64,000 nt of DNA from Vulcanimicrobiota bacterium. Its GTDB lineage: Bacteria; Vulcanimicrobiota; Xenobia; Xenobiales; JADMJV01. Where the stretch lies: positions 3,680,149 through 3,744,148 of the forward strand of contig JBFWNU010000001.1 in NCBI GenBank assembly GCA_050250895.1. The letters run 5' to 3'. Position 1 is the first letter of the stretch. Each line of letters begins with the position of its first letter. The notes under the pieces are model-generated. The model was given only the letters and a program-made list of their open reading frames with translations, was not told the origin of the DNA and ran no database searches. Shown piece by piece: positions 21,268-30,214 of the stretch. The translations under genes and the position numbers were made by a program.

Positions 21268-21539
21268 AGTTTCGTCTGCGCGTTCCCCGTCGGCCCATCG
21301 ACAGGCCCGACACCGTTCGTCCCGAGATTTTCGTGAGTCTCGACGTTCCTGATGGTCAGGCCGAGGCGCCGCTGGTCATCGAGGGCCCGCCCCGCTGGGT
21401 CGAAGAGGTTCGCGAGCGGGTGCTGATGAGCTACGGTGTGCGGGGACGCTTTATCGAAGCAGAGACCACCCCCCAGGACCTCGAGGTCGCCATGGCCGGC
21501 GAGCTGCTCAGGCCCTACGACCCCGAGCGCCTCGATTAA
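21264..21539 (+). CDS. Small hypothetical protein, possible immunity partner
   Basis: GTGA overlap with the metallopeptidase; 91 aa. Confidence 0.6.
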   Translation: MKFRLRVPRRPIDRPDTVRPEIFVSLDVPDGQAEAPLVIEGPPRWVEEVRERVLMSYGVRGRFIEAETTPQDLEVAMAGELLRPYDPERLD

Positions 21540-21697
21540 GGGTCTGTCAGGGAGCAAGAGTAGCATTCCCGGTGTCGAGACGCCCCTGTGGCAAGGCGCG
21601 TCTGACCGCGCATATCGGCAATATGTAAGGGAAGCGCAACGCCGCCACAGGGGATGGATCGGCGCCGCGAATGCACGAGTTATTTCCTGGCAGGCCC
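21540..21697. mobile_element. MITE (158 bp) with imperfect TIRs and TAA target-site duplication
   Basis: Ends GGGTCTGTCAGGGAGCAA / TTATTTCCTGGCAGGCCC; TAA at 21537-21539 and 21698-21700; nested internal inverted repeats. Confidence 0.75.
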
Positions 21698-22737
21698 TAA
21701 GGCTTGAGTTCGGTGACGGTGCCCATGCGGTTGATGGTAGCGGTCACGCTCTGGTCTATCTTATAGCTTTTGTATTCGCTTTCGCTCTTGGGTTCGTAGG
21801 TGTAACTCTGGCCCCCGGAATTGAGGGTGAGGCTGTAATGCTCTGATTTCTTGCCTTCGCGGGTGGTCCGGTCGGTGGCCACTTTAGGCCATTGCGGGTT
21901 ATCGTCACTGCCGCTGGCCTCGGCGGTGGACTGGCCTTTCCAGCGGTCGACCTGATAGGTCACTTCGGTGTCATAGACCGGTTCGTCGCGATAGGTCGGC
22001 TCTTCGTAGGTCTCGGTCACTTGCTGATCTTCATAGACCGGCTCTTCGGTGTAGATATCCTCGAAATAGCCGTTGCCGAGATCTTTGGTGCCCGTCTTGA
22101 CCTTGCGGGTGCCGGTCTTGACCTGCTTGGTGACGGTGCGCTTTTTGGTGGTCGAGCCGGTCTTGATCTGGCGAGTCTCGCGGAGCTTGCGGGTCGATTT
22201 GAGCACCCTGGCGTCGCGCGGGACGTCTTTTTTCCAGTCAGTGTCGGTCTCGGTCACCAGCTTCTCGACCTCGATCGAACGCTGCCACTGTTTGGCGGTG
22301 ATGGTGGCCTGGGATTCGGAGGCGCCGTTGAGGAAGACGCAGGGCCCTACGATCAACACCAGCATCACCACGAAGGCGACCAGGCATGCCTTCAGGCAAC
22401 CGCCGCTCTTGGGCGCTGGCTTGGGCTTGGGCTCGGGCTTTTGGTCGTGGTGAACGACCTGGGCCCGCGCTTTGGAGGGGTCCTTGGGCGAGCCACAGCC
22501 CGAGCAGAACTCGTTGAACCCAGGGTTGTCGCCCCCGCAGAACTGGCAGTTCCAGTCCGGACCTGACTGGGCCCGCGCCTGCTCGGCCTGGTCTTCGACC
22601 ACGCGAGCGTCGTCGGGTAAGTAGAACTTAATGTCTTCGCCCCGCGGCGAGCCGCAGCTGCCACAATACTTTTGCGGACCAGGTATTCTCTCGCGCCCAC
22701 AGGCCGGGCAGTCCCAAGCACCTTCACGGATAGCCAT
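21697..22737 (-). CDS. Double zinc-ribbon (RanBP2-like) membrane protein
   Basis: WDCPACG...YCGSCG and WNCQFCG...FCSGCG, one TM, extracytoplasmic domain; GGAGG RBS. Confidence 0.75.
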   Translation of the reverse strand: MAIREGAWDCPACGRERIPGPQKYCGSCGSPRGEDIKFYLPDDARVVEDQAEQARAQSGPDWNCQFCGGDNPGFNEFCSGCGSPKDPSKARAQVVHHDQKPEPKPKPAPKSGGCLKACLVAFVVMLVLIVGPCVFLNGASESQATITAKQWQRSIEVEKLVTETDTDWKKDVPRDARVLKSTRKLRETRQIKTGSTTKKRTVTKQVKTGTRKVKTGTKDLGNGYFEDIYTEEPVYEDQQVTETYEEPTYRDEPVYDTEVTYQVDRWKGQSTAEASGSDDNPQWPKVATDRTTREGKKSEHYSLTLNSGGQSYTYEPKSESEYKSYKIDQSVTATINRMGTVTELKP

Positions 22738-22775
22738 AACTTCCTCCGGCCGCGCAGATTCTCTTCCAAAGTGGG

Positions 22776-23258
22776 TTAGCCCTGTAGCTCGACCAGTTCC
22801 TGGGCTTCGGGCGAGAGTTCCTCGAGCAGCGCACGGCGCGGCCCGTAGCGGGGGAGTTGGCGGCACAGGGCGGTGGCCAGCAGTAGCCCGCTTGAAACAC
22901 CGCCGGCCGAGAGAGCCGTCAGCACCGCTCGCTCGGCGGCCAGACTGTTGTCCCCTTCGACCATGGCGGCCATGGCTGAATAGGCCAGGCTGCCCGGCAC
23001 CAGCGGGATGATGCCGGGCACCGAAAGCACCAGGGCCGGCAGTTTCATCTGGCGGGCTAGCAATTCGGCCGCCAGGGCCACCACCATCGCGGCCACGAAC
23101 AGGGCTTCGGGCTGGCTGCCGCCCGTGTCGAGCACGCGCTGGGCCGCGGCCGAGCCGGCCGAGGCGATGACGGCCGCGGCCAGCAATGCGCGGGGAGGCA
23201 CCCGCAGTTTGATGCCGATAGCCAGGGACGCGATCAGGATGAGCAGACTGTCACTCAT
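22776..23258 (-). CDS. Threonine/serine exporter ThrE family, small subunit
   Basis: PGIIPLVPG motif, four TMs, coupled to ThrE gene. Confidence 0.85.
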   Translation of the reverse strand: MSDSLLILIASLAIGIKLRVPPRALLAAAVIASAGSAAAQRVLDTGGSQPEALFVAAMVVALAAELLARQMKLPALVLSVPGIIPLVPGSLAYSAMAAMVEGDNSLAAERAVLTALSAGGVSSGLLLATALCRQLPRYGPRRALLEELSPEAQELVELQG

Positions 23259-24019
23259 AGTCCCATCCGCGTCAGCATACTCAGGCCGGTGGTGACTCCG
23301 GCCGCCATGGCCAGAGCCATCAGCACCGCCTCGGCTCCGCGAGCCGTGCCGGATACCAATTCGCCGGCCATCAGGTCCCGCATGGCCGCCACCAGGGCCA
23401 GACCGGGCATCTGCGGGGTGAGCGCCCCCACCGTAATAGCGGCTCCCGAAAAGCCCCGGCCCACCCACAGCCACGACCACCAGGTCACCAGCAGGGCCGC
23501 AAAAAAATAGTTCATAAAGGGGGGAAAGTTCTTCTCTAGCAGGCTCAACAGGCGGGCCACCATGGCTCCGGCCAGCAGGCCGGCCAGGGCCTCGCCGGGG
23601 CCGCCGCCGGCCAGCAAGGTAAAGCAGGCCGCGCTCACGGCCGTCGAAGCGGCCCGGCGCCAAAAAGACAGGTCCTCTTCGCCCGAACGGATCTCTGCCA
23701 CCGTCTCGAGCGCCTGCTCGATCTCGAGGTGGCCTTCATAAAGCAGCCGGGAGACGCTATTGAGCTGGGCTACCCGGGTCAGGTCGACCCCTCGTCGATG
23801 GATGCGGATGACGCGAGTGATGGGTTCTTTGTCGCCTACCGAGAGGGTGATGCCGGTGGGGTTGACCACCGCTTCGGCTTCCAACCCGAAACTCTCGGCG
23901 GCCCGTCGGATCGTCTCTTCCACCCGGCTGGTTTCGGCGCCATTCTCTAACAGGCCGGCCCCCAGGTCCGTGCACAGACGTGCCATTAGTCCGATTTTTC
24001 GCCGCGTCGGCTTTGCCAT
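23255..24019 (-). CDS. Threonine/serine exporter ThrE family protein
   Basis: LLENGAETSRVEETI and MPGLALVAAMRDLMAGELVSG motifs. Confidence 0.88.
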   Translation of the reverse strand: MAKPTRRKIGLMARLCTDLGAGLLENGAETSRVEETIRRAAESFGLEAEAVVNPTGITLSVGDKEPITRVIRIHRRGVDLTRVAQLNSVSRLLYEGHLEIEQALETVAEIRSGEEDLSFWRRAASTAVSAACFTLLAGGGPGEALAGLLAGAMVARLLSLLEKNFPPFMNYFFAALLVTWWSWLWVGRGFSGAAITVGALTPQMPGLALVAAMRDLMAGELVSGTARGAEAVLMALAMAAGVTTGLSMLTRMGL

Positions 24020-24049
24020 ACAAGCGCGGTATACTCCCGACGCCTGAAA

Positions 24050-25363
24050 CTAGTCTGAAAGATAGTCTTTGAGGGCCCGATAATAGATGCGCAGAGCCGG
24101 TTCGAACTCGGCCACCGGCAGTCGTTCGTTGTCGCTGTGGGCCGAGAAGATCAGGCTCGCATCGAGGATCATGGGGAAGAAGCCGTAAGCCCTGGCGCCT
24201 TTGAGTCGAAAGGCGTTAGAATCGGTGCCGAAGGGCACCAGATAAGGGGTGACCACCGCCTCGGGATGCTCCGTCTTGATGGCCTTTTCGAGCGAGCGAA
24301 AGAGGGGTGTTTCCCACGAGCTGACCGGAGTGTTGCCCATGGCGTAGAGAACCTCGAACTCGACCCCCTCGAGTCCCTCCAATCGGCGGCGAATCTCGGC
24401 CTCGAAGGCCGGCAGGTCGGTGTCGGGCAACAGCCGGATGTCCAGCGTCGCTTCGGCCAGTGACGGGATCACGTTGACCTTCGGCGGGTCACCTACTCCC
24501 GACCGCAACGAAGTGAGTGACATCGTATCGCGCACGACGGCGTTGGTGAAGGGGTTCTGGGCCAGCGGCCCGATGCGACGGCTCAATTCCTCGACCAGCG
24601 GACTTTGGCCGCTGCTGCCGATGCCGTCGAGCCGCTCCCAGGCTTCGAGCAAGCGCAGGTTGGGATTGTCGGCTCTCGGCTGCGAGCCGTGGCCGGCGTG
24701 GCCGGTGGCTTTGAGTTTGCACCACAGGATCTTCTTCTCGGCGCACGAGATAGCATAGACCAGCCGGCCGTCGGCGCCCAGCAAGTCGCGAGTGCCCGAG
24801 CCTCCCTCGTCGAGCACATAGTCGGCCTTGACCTTGTCGAAGTGCTGCTCGAGCAAGAACTGCGCCCCGTCTTCACCCCCCGTCTCTTCATCGGCGGTGG
24901 CCAGCAAAATCAGGTCGTGGGCGAGGGGCGCGCCCTCTCGCTTGAGGGCCAGGAAGGTGAGCAGCTGGACGACTCCCACCCCTTTCATGTCGAGCGAGCC
25001 CCGGCCGTAGAGATAGCCGTCTTTCACCGCGCCCGAGAAGGGGTCGACCGGCCAACGACTGGCGTCGGCCGGGACCACATCCATGTGGTGCAGCAAGACC
25101 ACGGCGCCCTCGCGGCTCTGGCCCGGCAGGCGAGCCACCAGGTTGACCTTGTTGGGCACCGACTCGAACCGCTCTACCGCGATTCCCTCGGCTTCGAGCA
25201 ACTTCTGGACGAAATCGGCCGAGGCCCGCGTATCGGCCGGTGGGTTGACGGTGGCCAGACGAACATATTCGCCCAGCAGCTGTTCGGCCCGTTTGGCCTC
25301 GGCCGCAAAGTCGGGCTCGGCCCAGGCCGGAGCAATCAAGAGAAGCAGAAGTAACCAGCGCAT
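24050..25363 (-). CDS. Exported M20/M25/M40 family metallopeptidase
   Basis: Signal peptide, HHMDVVP, GRGSLDMKG, DEETGG, AHSDNER. Confidence 0.9.
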   Translation of the reverse strand: MRWLLLLLLIAPAWAEPDFAAEAKRAEQLLGEYVRLATVNPPADTRASADFVQKLLEAEGIAVERFESVPNKVNLVARLPGQSREGAVVLLHHMDVVPADASRWPVDPFSGAVKDGYLYGRGSLDMKGVGVVQLLTFLALKREGAPLAHDLILLATADEETGGEDGAQFLLEQHFDKVKADYVLDEGGSGTRDLLGADGRLVYAISCAEKKILWCKLKATGHAGHGSQPRADNPNLRLLEAWERLDGIGSSGQSPLVEELSRRIGPLAQNPFTNAVVRDTMSLTSLRSGVGDPPKVNVIPSLAEATLDIRLLPDTDLPAFEAEIRRRLEGLEGVEFEVLYAMGNTPVSSWETPLFRSLEKAIKTEHPEAVVTPYLVPFGTDSNAFRLKGARAYGFFPMILDASLIFSAHSDNERLPVAEFEPALRIYYRALKDYLSD

Positions 25364-25462
25364 CGCCAGCCCTTCCACCGTTGCCGCCGGGCTCCTTTAT
25401 GGGGATTCAGCTTTGCTCCGCTCTCCGGGCCTGGCGATTCTCGCGAGTTCAGTCGTCCCGAG

Positions 25463-27007
25463 GGAGTACGGCGCCGTGGAGCGCCGAATTCGGCACCTGG
25501 TGGTGCCCTTACTCGCCAAGCCCAGGCCAAGCCCAGGCCAAGTCCAGGCCAAGCCGGGCGTACGGCGCTGGGGAGCGCCGAATTCGGCACCAGGTGGCGC
25601 CGTACTCGCCAAGCCCAGGCCAAGCCCAGGCCAAGCCCAGGCCAAGCCCAGGCCAAGCCAGACCAAGCCCAGGCCAAGCCGGGCGTACGGCGCCGTGGAG
25701 CGCCGAATTCGGCACCAGGTGGTGCCGTACTCGCCAAGCTCAGGCCAAGCCCAGGCCAAGCCCAGGTCGGGCCGGGCGTACGGCGCTGGGGAGCGCCGAA
25801 TTCGGCACCAGGTGGCGCCGTACTCGCCAAGCCCAGGCCAAAGCCCAGGCCAAGCCCAGGCCAAGCCCAGGCCAAGCCAGACCAAGCCCAGGCCAAGCCG
25901 GGCGTACGGCGCCGTGGAGCGCCGAATTCGGCACCAGGTGGTGCCGTACTCGCCAAGCCCAGGCCAAGCCCAGGCCAAGCCCAGGCCAAGCCGGGCGTAC
26001 GGCGCCGTGGAACGCCGAATTCGGCACCAGGTGGTGCCGTACTCGCCAAGCCCAGGCCAAGCCCAGGCCAAGCCGGGCGTACGGCGCCGTGGAGCGCCGA
26101 ACTCGGCACCAGGTGGTGCCGTACTCGCCAAGCCCAGGTGAGGCCGGGCGTACGGCGCCGTGGAGCGCCGAATTCGGCACCAGGTGGTGCCGTACTCGCC
26201 AAGCTCAGGGCGGGCCGGGCGTACGGCGCTGGGTAGCGCCGAATTCGGCACCAGGTGGCGCCGTACTCGCCAAGCCCAGGCCAAGCCGGGCGTACGGCGC
26301 CGTGGAGCGCCGAATTCGGCACCAGGTGGTGCCGTACTCGCCAAGTCCAGGCCAAGCCGGGCGTACGGCGCTGGGTAGCGCCGAATTCGGCACCAGGTGG
26401 CGCCGTACTCGCCAAGCTCAGGTCGGGCCGGGCGTACGGCGCCGTGGAGCGCCGAATTCGGCACCAGGTGGTGCCGTACTCGCCAAGCCCAGGCCAAGCC
26501 GGTCGTACGGCGCTGGGGAGCGCCGGATTCGGCACCAGGTGGTGCCGTACTCGCCAAGCCCAGGCCAAGCCGGGCGTACGGCGCTGGGTAGCGCCGAATT
26601 CGGCACCAGGTGGCGCCGTACTCGCCAAGCCCAGGCCAAGCCGGGCGTACGGCGCCGTGGAGCGCCGAATTCGGCACCAGGTGGTGCCGTACTCGCCAAG
26701 CCCAGGTGAGGCCGGGGTCTCGCCAAGCCCAGGTCAGGCAGGGCGTACGGCGCTGGGGAGCGCCGAATTCGGCACCAGGTGGCGCCGTACTCGCCAAGCC
26801 CAGGTCAAGCCCAGGTCAAGCCCAGGTCAAGCCCAGGCCAAGTCCAGGCCAAGCCGGGCGTACGGCGCTGGGTAGCGCCGAATTCGGCACCAGGTGGTGC
26901 CGTACTCGCCAAGCCCAGGTCAAGCCCAGGCCATGCCCAGGCCAAGCCAGGCGTACAGCGCTGGGTAGCGCCGAATTCGGCACCTGATGGCGCCGTACTC
27001 GCCAAGC
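25463..27007 (-). repeat. Second array (~18 units) of the same REP-like repeat, opposite orientation, with expanded 11-bp linkers
   Basis: Reverse complement of the 17.1-19.2 kb unit; linkers (GCCCAGGCCAA)n. Confidence 0.97.
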
Positions 27008-27106
27008 CGCCGGGAGGGGCCCCGGAATCTGTGCGGAACGCTCGGACGTGTTCTCCAATCCGCAAACCAGGCCGTTTTGCCTCGAGGCACTCGAGGATTG
27101 GCGGGG

Positions 27107-28006
27107 ATGAGTTCGCGCCTGGTCAAGAAAGCGTGTCAGCATCTGGGGCGGCTGGGGCGCGACCACCGCACCCTGGTCTTTCTCAAGAGCGGGGGGCAAT
27201 TGACCGTGCGGGCCATGCGGAACTTCCCTCACGCCAACCTGGACGACGAAGCGATCGCCTGGCTCATCGCCGAGGTCGAACAGAAAGGCAAACCGGTGTT
27301 GGTGCTCGATGCCCATCAAGACGAACGTTTTCGCGGCCTACCTCAGCCTGGTTTTCGGGCCGCGGTGTGCGCTCCGATTTTACGCGAGGGCGAGCTGATC
27401 GGGCTGCTCTATGTCGACGCCCCTCAGCCGGGCGCTTTCTCCTACGCCAATCTGTCCGAGTTCGAGAGCTATGGCGTCGAGCTGGGGGGGCACCTAAAAG
27501 CCGAAGTGCCCGTCACGCCACCAGCCCAGGCGTCACTCCAACAGCCTTTCGTGGGCGGATGGCCGCTGGTGGTGTGTGGGTTGGCGGCCTTCATCCTCCT
27601 GTTGGCGCTGCTATTAGGCTGGGGCAAGAAGCCGCCCCCCCCTCCACCCAAAAGCCAGCTGCCCACCCTCGAGACGGCCGGACCCGAGACCATCGCTCGG
27701 AGCTTCCTGAGCGCCCTTCAGGGTAGCCAACTCGGGACCGCCTACGAGTTACTCTCGCCGCGCCTGCGCGAGAAACTGACGCGAGAGCAGTTCGAGCAGC
27801 GGGTCAAAACCTGGCTGAGTCAGGGCAAGAACGCCTGGGAACTTCAGTATCGCCGGCCCGCCGTCGAAGAGCAGGACGACTCGAAGTGCGTGCTGGCTCT
27901 CGAGCGAATCGGTCCCGAACAGGCTAAGAGTTGGCACTGGCGACTGGTGAAGACCCCCACCGGCTGGACTCTCGACCGTCTCGAGGGAGGCCCCGTGCTC
28001 GAATAG
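27107..28006 (+). CDS. GAF-domain membrane protein with extracytoplasmic NTF2-like domain
   Basis: AAVCAPILREGELIGLLYVD GAF motif, TM, AYELLSPRLREKLTREQF. Confidence 0.65.
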   Translation: MSSRLVKKACQHLGRLGRDHRTLVFLKSGGQLTVRAMRNFPHANLDDEAIAWLIAEVEQKGKPVLVLDAHQDERFRGLPQPGFRAAVCAPILREGELIGLLYVDAPQPGAFSYANLSEFESYGVELGGHLKAEVPVTPPAQASLQQPFVGGWPLVVCGLAAFILLLALLLGWGKKPPPPPPKSQLPTLETAGPETIARSFLSALQGSQLGTAYELLSPRLREKLTREQFEQRVKTWLSQGKNAWELQYRRPAVEEQDDSKCVLALERIGPEQAKSWHWRLVKTPTGWTLDRLEGGPVLE

Positions 28007-28021
28007 GCGGAAGAACCCGGG

Positions 28022-28423
28022 GTGAGCAGGTCTGACCGGGGCATCAGTTTGCTTCTCGAGATTGTGTTTGGTCTGGGCATCTTTGCGGTGGCGCTTTTGC
28101 TGGTCTTTGGCGTATTCGTGACCACGCGCCGCTCGTCGACCCAGGCCCGCAACTATTCGTTGGCCCTGCATCTGGCCCGCGATACCCTGGAGCGAGAGGC
28201 CTCAAAAGCCTATGCCGGGGTGGTGGCCATTCCTCCACCGGGCAATCTGGTGACGGTCCCCACCCTGGTGAACGGCCAACCCGGCCAGGTGGTCTTCAAT
28301 GTTACCCTGGATGTCAACGAGACGGTGGTCAACGAACGCAAAGAGGTCAGGGTCACGGCCGCCTGGAGCGAGCAAGGTATCGATCGCAAGGTCGAGTTAG
28401 AGACGTATGTGGTCAATCCGTAG
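28022..28423 (+). CDS. PilV-like prepilin protein
   Basis: RG|ISLLLE plus TM; V.V.W C-terminal pattern. Confidence 0.7.
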   Translation: MSRSDRGISLLLEIVFGLGIFAVALLLVFGVFVTTRRSSTQARNYSLALHLARDTLEREASKAYAGVVAIPPPGNLVTVPTLVNGQPGQVVFNVTLDVNETVVNERKEVRVTAAWSEQGIDRKVELETYVVNP

Positions 28424-29012
28424 ACGAGCGTTTAGCCTGGTCGAGGTAGCGGTGGCGATGGGCCTGTTGCTGGGCCTGCTCGGCAGCCTTTATCTCTTGG
28501 TGCTGGCCGGCCTTCGCTACTTTCAGCAGGGCGAGGTGTCGCAAACGGTGCAGCAGCAGGCAGGGCTGGGGCTGCGCCGACTCAACGACGACTTGAGCAT
28601 GTCGAACCTGGCCACCGTGACCTACGGGCCGGGCCCCGACCATGTGTTCTTCTTGAGCCCCCTCAAGACCAGCGATCAGCCCGACTATCGCCTCTACACC
28701 TATGACGCCTCGGGCAACCTCGAGTGGCATAGTTGGATCGGCTACGTCTTGAATCCTAATGGAGACCTGGTGCGCTACGAGGTGGACCCGGGCGGTCCCA
28801 CCCTGGTGCCGCCGGTGCCAGCGGTGCCGGCCCTGGCGACCTTCACGGCCTCAGCCATCAATCGCGTGGTGGCCCGCAACGTGTCTAGCCTGGTGGTGAC
28901 CCCGGGAGCAACAGCCCAGACTTTGAGGTTGGACCTGACCGTGTCCGTGGCCACCGCCTCGGACAAGCGCACCGAACTGACGCTGGGTAGCCAGGTGAGG
29001 GTGCAGAATTAA
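28407..29012 (+). CDS. PilW-like prepilin protein
   Basis: RRRA|FSLVE plus TM. Confidence 0.72.
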   Translation: MWSIRRRAFSLVEVAVAMGLLLGLLGSLYLLVLAGLRYFQQGEVSQTVQQQAGLGLRRLNDDLSMSNLATVTYGPGPDHVFFLSPLKTSDQPDYRLYTYDASGNLEWHSWIGYVLNPNGDLVRYEVDPGGPTLVPPVPAVPALATFTASAINRVVARNVSSLVVTPGATAQTLRLDLTVSVATASDKRTELTLGSQVRVQN

Positions 29013-30191
29013 CTAAAATCGCTGATAGCTGGCCACGGTGGCGGTGGTCGAGCCGCCGCCGGCAGCCGCGCCGCCGCTGGCAGGGTCGAAGTGCACTCTC
29101 GTGTTGCCGCTGAGGTCGAGCGACTGTCCCACCAGGTTGCCGAAAACCGCGGAACTGCCCGTCAGGGTGACCGGTGAGTCGGGAGCGTAGAGCACGTAGT
29201 AGGCGGCTGCGGCGCCGTTGAGCGAGACGTCGCCAGACTCGACGAAGAATTTCAGATTGGTAGGTAGCTTGGTCTGATTGACCACCGCTCCCACATTGAC
29301 CGTGGCTCCGTTGGCGATGTAGATCTCGGTCGCGTCGGAAACGATCAGCTTGCAATCGCCGTCGAGGAGAAGGCTGTTGAAAACGTAAGTGCCCGGCGCC
29401 AGCACCAGCTGCCCACTGGCGGTAATGTGGACATCTCCAAAGGTTCCGGGATTGATGTTGAGGATATCGACTCCGTCGACCGTGACCGGAGGAGCGCTGC
29501 TGGGATCGTCGGGCAGCACCACCGGGTCCAGCGGGATGGGGCCACTGAGCGTGCCCTGAACGCCGGTGACCATGGAGGGGTTGTCGAGGGCGAAGGCGGT
29601 GCTGGGAGCGCCTGGTCCCACATTGGCGTCGCCCTGAATCGACGAGCCGCCCGTAATGGTGATGGCGCCGTCGGCGATGGAATTGGTCGCGACGCTGGCG
29701 GGGTCGGGTAGAAGAACCTCGGTAACGGGATCCATCGAGTCGATGGCGCCGCTGCCCGAGAGGCTGATGGAGTCTCTAGCCACCACTGCGAAATCGAGGG
29801 TTCCGACCCCGATCTTCACCAGCAAGCCCACTTGCCGAGCCGACCCGTTAGGGCTGCGACCGGTCGAAAGCACGTAGACGTGACCCGAGGGTACGTTGGC
29901 TCCGTTGGGGGGAGGGGCACCGCCGGAGGGGTAGACCCCGACGTCGAAGGAGCCTCCGTCGGGCAGGGTTTGCACCGACCCAAAGCCGGGCCAGTTGCTA
30001 TCGTTGGAGAGTTCGACCAGGGCGGCCCGTGCGCCGGCTTCGGCGGCGAAATAGGCTTTTTCGCTCTGGACGCTGCTAAAGCTGCGGTTGAGGTCGTTCG
30101 AGCCCATCATGACCAGGGCTCCGGCGATGACGGCCACCAGGGCGACCCCCATCAGGACTACTACGATGGCTATGCCTCGGTTGCGTGTCAC
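29013..30191 (-). CDS. PilX-like protein with C-terminal beta-helix domain
   Basis: RG|IAIVVVL, KAYFAAEAG; Gly/Ser/Thr-rich beta-solenoid C-terminus. Confidence 0.7.
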   Translation of the reverse strand: MTRNRGIAIVVVLMGVALVAVIAGALVMMGSNDLNRSFSSVQSEKAYFAAEAGARAALVELSNDSNWPGFGSVQTLPDGGSFDVGVYPSGGAPPPNGANVPSGHVYVLSTGRSPNGSARQVGLLVKIGVGTLDFAVVARDSISLSGSGAIDSMDPVTEVLLPDPASVATNSIADGAITITGGSSIQGDANVGPGAPSTAFALDNPSMVTGVQGTLSGPIPLDPVVLPDDPSSAPPVTVDGVDILNINPGTFGDVHITASGQLVLAPGTYVFNSLLLDGDCKLIVSDATEIYIANGATVNVGAVVNQTKLPTNLKFFVESGDVSLNGAAAAYYVLYAPDSPVTLTGSSAVFGNLVGQSLDLSGNTRVHFDPASGGAAAGGGSTTATVASYQRF

Positions 30192-30214
30192 CTTGCTAAG
30201 GATAACAGAAAGTT

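Noticed and set aside
17094-27007. CRISPR or TIGR-type guide array interpretation
   Set aside because: No unique spacers (linkers come from a few recurring variants) and no cas or tas-like gene in the window
25083-27065. Long ORFs across repeat array 2
   Set aside because: Same artefact; no RBS or codon bias, and the translations are purely repetitive
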